Below the pieces are notes generated by a model that was not told the origin of the DNA, ran no database searches, and saw only the letters and a program-made list of their open reading frames with translations. A stretch of DNA of 63,987 bases, filler included, from Intoshia linei (lineage: Eukaryota > Animalia > Orthonectida): the NCBI GenBank assembly GCA_001642005.1. It is 8 parts of 8 records of this genome, joined end to end, with 100 filler letters (N's around TTAATTAATTAA, not from the genome) between each part and the next. Parts side by side here need not be neighbours in the genome. Positions count along the whole stretch, not along the records: positions 30,643 to 39,476 come from LWCA01001419.1; positions 39,577 to 48,977 come from LWCA01001374.1; positions 49,078 to 59,431 come from LWCA01001284.1; 5 more parts are not named here. One strand, written 5' to 3'. Both the position numbers and the translations under genes were made by a program. Shown piece after piece: positions 39,284-51,709 of this stretch (within the stretch, counting starts at the first letter, position 1; each line of letters begins with the position of its first letter).

Positions 39284-39743
39284 TTCTAAAATCAAGAATT
39301 TAACACCCTTTGTTAAATTTATTAAACACAATAGCAGTTTTTCTCAATCGATGCACCTGGTCAAATTTTGCACCCATAAAATTTTATGTGTACCCAGAGA
39401 AAAATTGATGAAAAAATTATACATTGTAATGTATTTAAAATTCGTAATGAAAAACGTTTAATTTTTAAAACACGTTNNNNNNNNNNNNNNNNNNNNNNNN
39501 NNNNNNNNNNNNNNNNNNNNTTAATTAATTAANNNNNNNNNNNNNNNNNNNNNNNNNNNNNNNNNNNNNNNNNNNNATTTTATTTTTAATTTTTATTATT
39601 GGGCACTCAGTGCTCTGCAAAATTTTTATCGCGTCATAATTACAATGCTGCCCACTAGAACGAGGATGAAGACCCCAGAACTAGGTAAATATAAAATAAG
39701 AAAATTTTATTGATAAAAAATAATAAAAATTAAAATACAACTT

Positions 39744-40559
39744 TTACAAAACTTTTTTGAGACTGGACTTGATTTCAGAATATTTTTCCACAACATTCCT
39801 TTTGTAATTTCGAAAACAAGTAAGGCATTCGTCAAACAAGGTGATATTTTGGCAGGTGTAACAAAAATTGGAATAACTGTCTGCAAAAGTGTCTACAAAA
39901 CCAAATCTATTTTCAGACAATAATTTATCAACCATCTCCAATTCAATGTCAACATTTGTTACTCGTCCCATGAGAATTTTGTTCAAAATTTTACTATGAA
40001 CTATACTGGTATTTGGATTACTAAATAATTCACTAAGTGTGAGGCAGCGACAAAATTCTATACATTGATTTAATAATTGATCATAACGATAAGTTTGAGC
40101 TATAATTAACAAGTCCATCGAAGGTTTAATATTTAAAAAATAATTTTCGCATTGCATTCTAAGGCATGTAATTTGGTATTCATCTATCAGTGGTAATAAA
40201 ATATGTACATTTGATTCATCAATAGGTGTTGAAGGGGGATACATTGTTTGTAGTAACATTATAACGTCGCTATATTTCTTGTCAGTTAAAGACACTTTAT
40301 TGGTACAGCTCTCTAAAAAATCCCCGGAGAACATGATTTTAAATACTTTACTCCATACAGACAAAACTTCTTTATGACAGTATATTTCTTTGTCTTCTAC
40401 AATAAGTGTTGCTGTACTAGTGTTACTATTTGTAAAATCGTACATTTCACACTTAATGCTTGATTGGCATTCAGTTCTCAATCCAACAGTGACATTTTTC
40501 TTATATTCCTTGATGCTGGAACAAGAGGAATACTTTGACTCTTGAAAGTTATTCATCAT
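39744..40559 (-). CDS. BTB/POZ-domain protein, intronless, copy A
   Basis: ATLIVEDKEIYCHKEVLSVWSKVFKIMFSGDFLE..MYPP..LIDEYQI..CE is a BTB domain. C-terminal CxxC..ECxxC. Confidence 0.9.
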   Translation of the reverse strand: MMNNFQESKYSSCSSIKEYKKNVTVGLRTECQSSIKCEMYDFTNSNTSTATLIVEDKEIYCHKEVLSVWSKVFKIMFSGDFLESCTNKVSLTDKKYSDVIMLLQTMYPPSTPIDESNVHILLPLIDEYQITCLRMQCENYFLNIKPSMDLLIIAQTYRYDQLLNQCIEFCRCLTLSELFSNPNTSIVHSKILNKILMGRVTNVDIELEMVDKLLSENRFGFVDTFADSYSNFCYTCQNITLFDECLTCFRNYKRNVVEKYSEIKSSLKKVL

Positions 40560-41720
40560 GGTTCAATATATCAAGTTTATATAAATTTGGAACAAATAAA
40601 TGAAATATAATTATAATAATATCTAGTTGTGTATTCAAAATAAATTTACTGTAAATTTAAATTATCTCTTAGGCACGTTTACGTTAATACAATAAAATTT
40701 AAAAAGATGACTCCAACCGGTAATCCAGTATGAATAGCTAGTCAAAAATATCTAAGAAAACAATGACAATTACTTTTAAATATGATTTAATATTTCACGT
40801 CTGTATTTACGTTGTTTATAATAATTAGTCTGCAGTCAGGATTATTATCATAGGTAATAGGAGAACAGTCTGATTAAATTTGCAAATTAGATCCATGATT
40901 AGATATGACTGAAAAAATATAATTTTGTATTGTATAAATAAGTCGACAAGGGAGAACAACGAAACCGGGATCTCTGAAAATTTAAACAGAGTTGTTGATG
41001 TTAAACTAACCTTTTATATTATGTATACTATACATCTAAATACTCATAATTTGATATTAAAATTGACTAATTCTATAAAAATAAATTTGATGTTTACAGT
41101 AAGGATTTGTTTCATACGTGTTTGTATATTAATTTATTGGTCGTTAAAACAGGTGTGCCATAAAATTATGTAAAATTTCAATTTTAAAATATTTTTAACG
41201 TAGATTTAGATTTATTGTTCTCAGCTAACGATCTATTAAATCTTAATTTAAAACATACAATTGAATCGTCAAATAATTCGACAAATAGATAATTAAAGTA
41301 TTCGACCGTGAACCGTAAACATATCCGTACTATTACGTTGGATACCATGATACGTGTAAAATTCAATTTTCATTTGGATACAGGTACAGAAATATTCAAT
41401 ATTATACACATGTTACAATAAATACATTTTGTTAAAAGATATTATGATTAACATTAAATATTATTATCATTAGACTAATGATAAGTCATTGTTGGAGACT
41501 TATACTTATCTATGACGCAACTTAACTGTTTTATCTAATGAACAATTGATAAACTGAGTTAGAGCGTATATTATGAATATATTGAGTTAACACGATTTCT
41601 GGTATCGGTTACAGTTTGTATTGATAAGTAATGTGATAGCTATATGGCAGTGGTTCCAGATTTAAATAGTGTACAAGCCACCATTTCAATATATTATATT
41701 TTTTGACAGCAAAGGAAACA

Positions 41721-42060
41721 TCCTTACTTATATAATATGCTACGCAATATTTGTTTGTGACACTTTGTGACTGTAAACACACAAAAAAATTTCAATCTGA
41801 ATAAGTGACGACTTCACGGTCAAAAAAACATGTTAGTATTGATATATTTTTTCCGAAATATTTTATTAAAACAAAAAATAGAAACTAATTAACAGTCCAA
41901 AAATTAAAAAAAAATTATTCCAATAGAGCTTATTCCAGTTGATATAAATACAAAATTTCAACCCAGAAATCTACACATTCCCGATGAAAAAATAATTTTT
42001 AATATATTATCAACCAATATTTTTCAAATATTTCGAATTAAAATAAAAATAAAAATGTAT
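41721..42060 (+). mobile_element. Helitron family A, internally deleted 5' fragment
   Basis: A^TCCTTACTTATATAATATGCTACG start and shared blocks. Confidence 0.75.
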
Positions 42061-43059
42061 ACAATACATGTATATGTAAATAACAATTATTTTTAATCGA
42101 AATCCAATATTTTTTATTTAGATTAATATCATCTATTAAATTTTTTCTGATTGAATTTGTAGTTCCTGACTTGTAGTAATATTTATATCATTTATCAATT
42201 ATACCTAAATTCATATAATGATAAAAATTTACGAAAAATCGAGCTTACACTAAACAAACATGAAACTAATCCTACTCCTGAACCGAACTAAGATAAATAT
42301 AAACATTTTAAAAACATCAATCAACCAAAATATCATCTGTATCGTGCTTGTTATCATAATATTTTGTTTCAGTAATAAAAATAGCAGAAAAAAATAGTCC
42401 TATTTGATACATTTTAATTAAATTTTGATATTTTTTAATAATAATTGTAAAAATTTTATATTTATCATCATATTTTTTGTATATTATAACCTAAATAAAA
42501 TGTTTGATTTAAATAAGTACTACCGATAATAAAAATAAATTGAATTTAATTTGTTTTTAAAATTAATTTACATATTGGTGTACGTGTCAAAACAATGTAC
42601 GTATTTTATTATATACATTTTATATACAATGTAAATATTATATTTTATAGAGCTAAAACTATGAGGATCACCAACATTTTATGTCGATCAGATTGCGAAC
42701 CACTTCGCTAACCCTCTCATAGCTCTCGAAACTAAAAATTAAAAACTTGACAAATTACAAATTGTTCACATTATAAATATTTGTTTTTCAAATTTTAATT
42801 TTAGTGTTTTTGTTATTTGTTTTTGCACTTTGCAACAAATTTTGTATTGGTTAATTTAGTTCTCACATTTTGTTAAAGACGGACCGGTTAAATTATAAAA
42901 TTATCGCGACCACTAAAGCGTAACTTAATTGAATTCAAATTAGTAATTTTTTTTTAAAATTCTATCGCGGACAGACATTTGGGAAACGCTGGGTTAAATT
43001 ATTATGTTACCAAAATGCTTTGCAATTAAAACATTGAGTGTATTTATTTATATACGAAA

Positions 43060-43830
43060 CTAGGTTGACTGTTATGTGCTACCTACAAACAGCACCTAGT
43101 TCTGCGGAGGACACAATTGTGTTATACCAAAAATCTTCAGGACCAAAACCACAAATTACCTTTTTTTTTAATGAGCTATATCAAAATAATTTTTTTTTTT
43201 TAATTTTCGGACTGTTAATTATTTCATATTTTTTTTAATAAAATATTTCGGAAAAAAAATACATGAATAATAAAATGCTTTTTTGACCGTGAAGGCATAA
43301 CTTATTCAGATTGAAATTTTGTACTAAAAATTTTAATTTCACAAACTGACGCATTTACGGTTAAAAAAGTACTTTGGTATTTATTTTTAACAATGGAAAT
43401 TTAAATAATTTCAATAGTACTATATAGGACCGTGAAGATGGAGCTAGGGCCAAGTAGCCCGAGTCTATAATCATGAGGGCACTGCTATTTNTTTTAAAAT
43501 ATTTCGATTAAAATAAAAATTAAAAATGTAAATATTGATCCTACAATTTCAAAAAAAATGTGCAATAAACTTCTACACATTTCCAATAAAGAAATATGGG
43601 TGAAAACGTATATAATTCATTCCTTCGCAATTTTTTCATTGCTACGCAATTTTTCAATCTCAAATTCTCATTTTCAAAACATTAAAAAAAATTTAAATTA
43701 AAACTACAACAACCATTACTAAAAGTAATACATTTTTGTTATTATCATTTTTATATTTATTACAATCCTTTGCAATATTGGTAAAATTTAGCTGAAATAT
43801 GTTTATAAAGTGCTGATTCCAATATCTATT
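43060..43830. mobile_element. Helitron fragments: 3' end on - at 43060, internal piece on + at 43491-43830
   Basis: A|CTAGGTTGACTGTTATGTGCTACCTACAAACAGCACCTAG and shared blocks. Confidence 0.7.
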
Positions 43831-43854
43831 AATACATAAATTTTTTTAACTTCA

Positions 43855-43990
43855 CCTAGTGATTAGAAAAATTGAAGATTTCAGCTAAGGTATTAATTTG
43901 TGGACCAATTAATATGCCATTTTTTCATTTTCATTCTGACACGTTAGGAAACGATAATTTGATTTATTTAATATTTCCAGTTTTTATTCC
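43855..43990 (-). mobile_element. Chapaev3-like (CMC) transposase relic
   Basis: The minus frame reads IKLSFPNVSE*K*KNGILIGPQINTL, resembling the FP.LS.AK.K.G.F.GPQI motif I recall from Chapaev3-type transposases. Confidence 0.5.
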
Positions 43991-44118
43991 CATTATAAAA
44001 GCCAAAATCTAATAATAAATGTAATAATTAAATTTATAATAAATAAAATAATCGGTATCAGGAATTACTTTAAAATCTTACACATTCTCCAACTGAAGTT
44101 CAATAATAAATACACATA

Positions 44119-44312
44119 CAGTAATACATAGCTTAACGAACTCTCGCGTTAACGAACAACTTAAAAAACACAAAAAAATAGAAAAATGAGCTAATATTAC
44201 GTCTTAACGTCTATATTATTGTTTTATTATCATTATTTAACATGTACAGTAATACCTCGCTTAACGAACATTATCTCGGAACGAATTGGTTCGTGATAGT
44301 GAGGTATTACTG
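44119..44312. mobile_element. pogo/Tigger-type MITE: 66-bp element at 44247-44312 plus an extra left TIR at 44119
   Basis: TA|CAGTAATACCTCGCTTAACGAAC ... GTTCGTGATAGTGAGGTATTACTG|TA. Confidence 0.75.
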
Positions 44313-45419
44313 TATAAATAATATTTAATTGTAAAGAACTTTGGATTTATGTGGAAATGTATTGATATTTTTCGAGTTTTTCACCATGTTATTGAATATA
44401 AAATTTTTTAAAATAAAAAATTAAATTAAAAAAAACGCAAATATCTTTGCGGCGCATGTGTTAAGAATTATTATTACATAATTGTATAATGATAGCCGTG
44501 AAACAAGATGCCTTGTATATCTAATGCAAAGTTTTCAAAGTGTGTGTCTTCTGCGACTGTGAGGTGTCTATAATAGTTTTTATAAATTTCCAGACATGTA
44601 AAAATTTTAAAAATGAGTCAATCACGAAATTTACATTACATTTAAATTTATATTATGAAATTTACGATTTTTTAACGGACTGATTATACTACCATTAATA
44701 ATAAATCTGGTATTTTCGATAATCATACTAATATTACTTACGAAATTAGGTATATTACGAATATACAGTTTGTAAGCAATTTATAATGGTATCTAACACC
44801 ATCTATGATATTATCATACAGAGTACAATTACATATACGTGTATGTATATTGAATTTGATTTTTAGGATTATTTTTTTATATGAGTAATTTGATACATAC
44901 CATTTAACATCAAATAAAAATATAAAAATTGATTTCATTATGATTTCTATGTAATTTCGTTATTAATATTAATAAATATTCATAAAATGTATTCTTTATA
45001 GAAAATTTTAATTTACAATTTGTTAAGTTGAATCAAAATTCTAAGTGATATAAATGATCATAAAATTAAACTAAATGTAATGTTATACATTTATGTATTT
45101 AATTTATATTTTAAATTTAATTCAAGATATTCCAAACTGAGACTGATTACAGACAATGCAAATATAAAATGTCGTTTTGTTTAAAAAAACCAGTACTAGG
45201 AAATTCAAACAAACACAAACAAATAAAATGCACGCAGATAACTTTAATCTACATGAAATGATATTATGATTATTTAAGCAGGTAGTAATTGGAGTATTGG
45301 AACAGTTTATAGTGTATTGTATAAAGTAACTAGTGAAACTGCACTAGATAACGCAATAATAATCGATTTCAATTCATATGACAGTATAATATAGAAACAA
45401 ATTTAGTAAACGTTGAATT

Positions 45420-46256
45420 ATGATTGTGAATGACAAGCCAACTAGAGGCCGACGCACAATGAATTTGGGCTGTATGCAATGTAATGGAAAGCTAATGGCA
45501 GAAGACGGGAAAAAATTGGAATCAAACATAACCTGCGAAACCTATGATTTCTCAACGAGTGAAGACAGTACAATTACACTCGTAGTGGATAGTCAACTAA
45601 TATATTGTCACAAGGAAGTTTTGTCTATATGGAGTAAAGTGTTTAAAAAAATGTTTTCTGGAGATTTCCTTGAAGGAAGTGCTAGTAAAGTAGTTTTAAC
45701 AGATAAAAATTATGAAGACATGATTCTTTTACTAAAAGCAATTTATCCTCCAGCTCAACCTATCGACGATTCAAATGTATCAATCTTATTACCACTAATT
45801 GAGGAATATCAAATCACTTCTCTTAAAATTCAATGTGAAAATTATTTATTAAACGTCGACCCTTCCCTAGAATTATTAATTACTGCACAAACTTACAATT
45901 TTTCCAATTTGACCATTAAATGTATAGAATTTTGTCGCACTTTTACTTTGGGTGAATTATTTAACGATTCTAAAGTTTCTCTAATAAATAACGAAAATTT
46001 AATTAAAATTCTAAAAGCACGTATAAACGACGTTGAAATTGAACTGAGAACAGCACAAAAGCTATGTTCTGAAAAGGAAGCTAGATTTAATGGGTGTCTA
46101 AATGAATTTGCAACTATATATTCAAACTTTTGTAATCATTGTAAAAATCGTAAAATCAATGACGAGTGCATTACATGTCTACGAAATTACCGAGAAAATG
46201 TTCTAAAGAAAATTAACGATTTTAAAACTCAAGTTTCGAAGACACATATTTGGTGA
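45420..46256 (+). CDS. BTB/POZ-domain protein, intronless, copy B
   Basis: Same BTB core as copy A (IYCHKEVLSIWSKVFKKMFSGDFLE), then FCNHCK..DECITC. AATAAA lies downstream. Confidence 0.9.
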   Translation: MIVNDKPTRGRRTMNLGCMQCNGKLMAEDGKKLESNITCETYDFSTSEDSTITLVVDSQLIYCHKEVLSIWSKVFKKMFSGDFLEGSASKVVLTDKNYEDMILLLKAIYPPAQPIDDSNVSILLPLIEEYQITSLKIQCENYLLNVDPSLELLITAQTYNFSNLTIKCIEFCRTFTLGELFNDSKVSLINNENLIKILKARINDVEIELRTAQKLCSEKEARFNGCLNEFATIYSNFCNHCKNRKINDECITCLRNYRENVLKKINDFKTQVSKTHIW

Positions 46257-47866
46257 TTTATAAACAAAAAGACCTTTTAATCAATAAACTTTACAATTTA
46301 TATTAATATGTATTTGTCAATCATATTTCATTATTGTTCAAAATTTTGTCACATTTTGGTTTAATTGTGTAATGACAAGTCTTGCTTGGCACTTTATTCG
46401 ACTAAATCTTTTTTTAATATTTTTTGATTTTATGTAGATCATTGATTACCTATTAATGCCTAGGGTACATAGGATCTAAAAATATAAAATTGAGGGTACG
46501 CGTTAGAAAATTTGGTTTAGATAAAGTATCGTTGATAATTTCTTATGAAATTATGATTATATATATATAATTATATAATTATGATTATTATGAAATTTCT
46601 TATGACATTATCAACGATACAAATAGGCAACAAATGAAATATGAAAATGAAAGTTATTTTAAACTTAATTGTGGCTTGAATATTGTGTACTTTGTTCTAG
46701 CTTGTGTGGTTTAAATTTTTTGTCTGGAATAATGGAAATAAATTGAATCAGAATAATCTTCTTTCCTTTTTTAATTCTAAGAGTTTCAATCTTCTATGTA
46801 TTTTAGTAAGATGAATCAGATATAATTTGTTAAAATTGTTAAGCGTGGATTTATGAGAATATCATATTAAAATTCTTTAAAATAGAATCTTTAACAAATA
46901 ATGTAATAACCTCAGGTTTATTATTACTTTTAATTAATTTATTGTTCCTAATTTCTAAACTTTTTATAAAGTAAATTAAGATTAAAAATCAAATTGATTA
47001 ATATTTTTGCAATTAAAATGATATGTACTTAATTTTGTGAAAAACTATTTTTTTGTAATTTTTTTGTATTTTTTTGTTAGCAAAGTTAATTTAGTATCGT
47101 GAAATAATAATAAATCATTAATAAATGATGTAGAAATTTCATTTTCATCAACTCTGACTTTGACGTCATCTCTTCTAGGCCTAAGAAATTTTAGATCATT
47201 AACTATACTTTGTTTGTTGATTATAACTATAAAATAACAAATCATTATCATTTACAATTTTTTCCGCAAAGATCATTTTAAAATATAAAAAAGGAAACTT
47301 ATAAAGTAATTTTTTTTTCATTATTTGTATATTAAAGATCTACATTATTATGTAGAATGGTAGCAGTGGAATCTGTTTTCAGTTAATTGATTAGTTTCTG
47401 TTTTCTTTAATAGTTAAAGGAAATTATAGAAATTTATTCATTTTTATCGCAGCACTTGACATTTCAATACAATCATTAAACATTGTTATAACTTATAACT
47501 TAGTACTTAAGCAAGTTTTTCATATTTCATATTTTCATTTTTCAAAAATTTTTCTTTTCACGATTATCATAAAACTATCACAGGCAACTTTATCAGTATT
47601 TGGACCTAATTTATAAAATTTTGAACACCCCTAGTGTACACCTATCGAATAGTCCAAATATTAAATTGTAATCGTGAATCAGTTCGGAATTAACGGGAAA
47701 TATTCAAAAAATCGGGACTCCGACTACCGATAACTTTGAAATGTTGTCACAATTCAGTGAATTTGGGTGTATTTAACTTAAAATAAAATAGATGCTATAG
47801 TTTTTGAATTTATAATTAACAATAAATTCCTTAGTAATAAATATTTTTCCATTTAAATTTTAAAAC

Positions 47867-48977
47867 ATGAATTTCGAAATAAATTTGATTTTTATGTTAA
47901 ATTTTTTGATATCGCTGACTGCGTCTCCCATAGAAAATATAAAGTACGAGGTGCATCATAGTGAAAAAGAAAAATTTGGATTTTTAGATAATTTATGTAA
48001 TTTAAAGAAATATATTATACATGGTTATATTATTATTCCTGATGCAAAAATTACTCAAAAATTTACTGAATATCATGATGAGGATAGTTATGGTTTAATT
48101 AGCCATTACAATGGATTGACGAGGACATTATATACCGATCAAAATTCAATGAGCATCGTCCACACACGACAAGGGAAAAAGTGTTTTAATGAACCAGTCG
48201 TTGATTCCACTATATTAAGTACATTCCCCAAAAAGTATAGACAAGATTTCAAAAAGGCCATTGAATACGATGATATATTATTTGGTAAAGTAATTGTGTA
48301 TGAATTTTCCACTGATATTTCTGATCGCATCAGTAACTACAGACTGTATTTAAGAAACGATGAAACAAAATTACCACTTGTTTTTGAAATTAATGGATTA
48401 AATATATTACATGGATCACATTACGATTTTTATCAATATATTTACAATAATTTCACTAAAGTTAATGAAATACCAGAGTACGTTTTTGATGACGTTAAAG
48501 AAGAATGTGAAAGTTTGGTAATTGAAAAACAAATGTGTAGATTGAAAACAAACCGAAAAGAATTAAACCATTTTTATCTAATCAATTCGAAAGGCATTCA
48601 TTATTATGACAATTTTTTTGGTTTCAAAAATTTACATCCCTACCTTCGCAATAAATGTGATGATGAAACATTGGGTAAAATTATGGATTTAAATGAATTT
48701 GATTGGCGAGAACATGACGCCTTGTCACCAATAAAAGATCAATCTATATGTGGTTCGTGTTGGAGTTTCGGTACGACTGGAGCCATTGAAGGGGCTTATT
48801 ATTTGAACCAAACTGAAAGAATCATTATATCTGAACAAGAATTGAGTAAATTATTATTTTATCATTTTTATTGACTTTTTTATTATTATTTAATTTTAAT
48901 TTTAGTCGACTGCTCATGGGATGAAGGAAATCAAGGGTGTCACGGTGGTTTAGAAATTTATGCTTGCAATTACATGA
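47867..48977 (+). CDS. Papain-family (C1A) cysteine protease, 26/29-kDa proteinase / counting-factor-associated protein D type, 3' end in a gap
   Basis: Signal peptide, LHGSHYDFY in the N-terminal domain, then FDWR..PIKDQSICGSCWSFGTTGAIEGA..SEQEL/VDCSWDEGNQGCHGG across an intron at about 48846-48904. Confidence 0.88.
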
Positions 48978-49077
48978 NNNNNNNNNNNNNNNNNNNNNNN
49001 NNNNNNNNNNNNNNNNNNNNNTTAATTAATTAANNNNNNNNNNNNNNNNNNNNNNNNNNNNNNNNNNNNNNNNNNNN

Positions 49078-49506
49078 AAATTGACCGATGCAATTTACCG
49101 TAAAAGACCTCGAATGTTCTTTAAAGGTAATGTTATTTTGTTACACGACAATGCTAGACCTCATACTGCTATAAATACTAAAAAACATTTAATGAACTTT
49201 AATTATGAGGTATTAGATCACCCACCATATTCTCCAGACATTGCTCCTTCTGACTATCACTTTTTTAGGTCGATGAGTAACCATTACCATAAAAAAAATA
49301 CGATTTAATTGAGCATTTAAAATCTGACATTGATAACTTTTTGACAAATAAAAGCCAGATTTTTTTTCAAAATGGAATTAAGAAGCTATCGGAACGTTGG
49401 AGAAGAATTTTTGAATGCAATGGAGAATAAAGGTTAATCAAAAGTGTTATTATAGAAGTTTTAATTATAGTTATTAAAACGACATTACTTTGTGAATGAC
49501 CTAATA
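49078..49506 (+). mobile_element. mariner element, 3' half with right TIR
   Basis: LLHDNARPH..HPPYSPDIAPSDYHFF (DD34D-type motifs), frameshifted downstream. The right TIR AAAACGACATTACTTTGTGAATGACCTAA|TA resembles Hsmar1/MADE1 ends. Confidence 0.88.
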
Positions 49507-49541
49507 CAAATGTAATTTTTTTTAATAACATTACATATATA

Positions 49542-49735
49542 CAGTCAAACTTGTGGATAGTGAACATTTGGTTCCGAATTTAATGTTTTAATGTTCACTA
49601 TAAAAAAATAATGAACAATGAAAATGACAGTGAAATAATTAATAATGAACATTATTAATCATGAATCTAAGTTTATTTTCTATATAATTAGTTAAGTTAA
49701 CGATCTAAAGGGTTGATTATCAACAAGTCTGACTG
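49542..49735. mobile_element. pogo/Tigger-type MITE inside a palindrome
   Basis: TA|CAGTCAAACTTGTGGATAGTGAAC ... GTTGATTATCAACAAGTCTGACTG|TA. Confidence 0.75.
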
Positions 49736-49996
49736 TATATATGTAATGTTATTAAAAAAAATTAGATTTGTATAAACAAGATAATGAAAAATATAATGTA
49801 ATTATTTTTAATCTATAGTAGAGCAGTAATTTTATATTTATTTTGAGATTATTATTAGAAAGAATTTCATTTCAACGAATTAATAGTATATTTTTAGATT
49901 GGTGTGTCGCAAAAAGTTTTCAGATTGAAATGTGTGTCGCCAACCAAAATGTGTTTGAAAACACTGTACTACATCTATAGTACATCTATTCTATCA

Positions 49997-50171
49997 TATA
50001 AAGTGGCCAGAAAAAATACGTACTATCAATTTTAGTTTATTTGGTGATAAATGTAAATCCGAAACTACTTATCTATGATGACGAATAAAAATTTTTGGAT
50101 TAAAATTTTTCCAAATAAACTAAAAGTGAATCACCTTAAGTGATAGTATGTATTTTTTTGGTCACTTTATA
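49997..50171. mobile_element. Tc1/mariner-type MITE with long TIRs
   Basis: TATAAAGTGGCCAGAAAAAATACGTACTATCA..TTTTAGTTTATTTGG faces CCAAATAAACTAAAA..TGATAGTATGTATTTTTTTGGTCACTTTATA. A partial copy lies at about 5945. Confidence 0.7.
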
Positions 50172-50461
50172 ATACAAAGTTTATATTATAGAATTATTGA
50201 TCAATGATAATTATAATAATTATCGAGTGATGAATTAATCTTCTACATGTAGTAATAACTTTTAGAATCTAGTTTTTAGAATTGAGATGATAATATTGTG
50301 ATATATTTGATGCAATCAATGAGATTCATAATTACTTGTGAAATTGAAAAATTTATTAAAAAATGACAAACTCCATTTTTATAATATTGAATAATTTCAC
50401 ATAAATCTAAATATACATTAAAACTTGGTTTTCCAAAGAGGCGTTTGAAATTTTATATATA

Positions 50462-50671
50462 CAGTCGATTCTGTTCTATATAAACACCCTAGAATATGAA
50501 CACAACAATTTTGTTTGAACAAACATTGAGTAGGACATTTCGAAACTTTTAATTATATTATTATCGCCATTCATATATGTTCAATGAATATGAACATTGT
50601 TTATATTACAGTAAAGTATGAACATAATCAAAAGTTGGTCCCTTCATGTTCATATAGAACAGAATCGACTG
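50462..50671. mobile_element. pogo/Tigger-type MITE, 210 bp
   Basis: Near-perfect TIRs CAGTCGATTCTGTTCTATATAAACA / TGTTCATATAGAACAGAATCGACTG, with a TA TSD. Confidence 0.88.
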
Positions 50672-51119
50672 TATACAATGTATATTATAGATTAGTACAT
50701 CAAGTTGACATAATATTGAATGAACACTGTTCATATATTACATAAATTGCTAATCAAATCAAACTAATATAATTAATGCTTTAATTTCGGCATTATTTTA
50801 AAAAATTATTTTGTTGTGTTTTTTAATGTGGATATTGTACAATGTATATTACATTCACTTGTTGATTTCAATGACTCGTTAAACCAACTTGCTAGAAAAA
50901 CTTAAAGTCAGTATTTTTAACATAAAAATACGTATTGTCACTGGAACACTCAAAAACGTTGCGTTTATTTCGCCAATCTTTTTTTATTGCTTGAACAATC
51001 CTCACTAAAAAATCTCAAACGCCAAGGTTGAGGAACCTTGATGTATAATATACAGTGTATACTAACCCTATATAATTTACGTTTCTTATTATTTACCTTT
51101 TTCTACTATTCACCTATAC

Positions 51120-51431
51120 CAGGGCTCTGCAATCAGTGGCCTACATAATAATTTTGGTGGCCCTTTGAGTAAATATGTAAATTATTTATTTTTAAATTTT
51201 ATTCATCTTTAAATACACCTTTTTAAATATTTTCTACTATAGTTGGGTCATTATAATCATTTTAATATTGAATTTTTAGATCGTACTGGATTTTATTTTG
51301 CTGAATATACTACAACCGTTTCATTTCAGTTAAAATAGAAATGTATCATGTGTAAATTTTCAAAAACGGAACCGTAGAATTTTTTGGTATAAAAAAGTAG
51401 CCCACAAAATAAAGAAGCTTTCCAGTCCCTG
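51120..51431. mobile_element. hAT-type MITE
   Basis: CAGGGCTCTGCAA..GTGGCC start and ..GTAGCCC..CAGTCCCTG end, with a degenerate TSD. Confidence 0.5.
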
Positions 51432-51494
51432 ACTTAAATGTTTACATTTTAATTTAATATGCATCGTAGCATGCAATGTGGTATACATATCAAT

Positions 51495-51616
51495 ACCTAT
51501 GTTTGGGAACCACTCCTTTAAAGGATTGATAATAGTGAATAGTATAATTTTTAACGTGAATGTGCCCTCGGCAGAGCTAAGTGCTGTTTGTACGTAGTAC
51601 ATAACAGTCAACCTAG
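51495..51616 (+). mobile_element. Helitron solo 3' end
   Basis: GCTGTTTGTACGTAGTACATAACAGTCAACCTAG|T, with hairpin CTGTT-TGTAC/GTACA-T-AACAG then CTAG. Confidence 0.8.
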
Positions 51617-51709
51617 TAATATATAATATGCATAACCATATTCAATCTTTCAAGAAATCTTCAATCACTACATTTTCTTTCTTATCTAAATGATAATTAT
51701 AGATTAGCA

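Noticed and set aside
46700-47280. Possible very decayed hAT transposase traces on the minus strand (FL/GLEEMTS), and similarly ERIFS at about 18360-18385
   Set aside because: The motifs are too short and fragmented to call without a profile search.
43038-51611. Similar small ORFs containing TVM(C/Y)Y(L/V)QTA..SAE at 43038 and 51360
   Set aside because: They are translations of the Helitron 3' terminus, not a peptide family.
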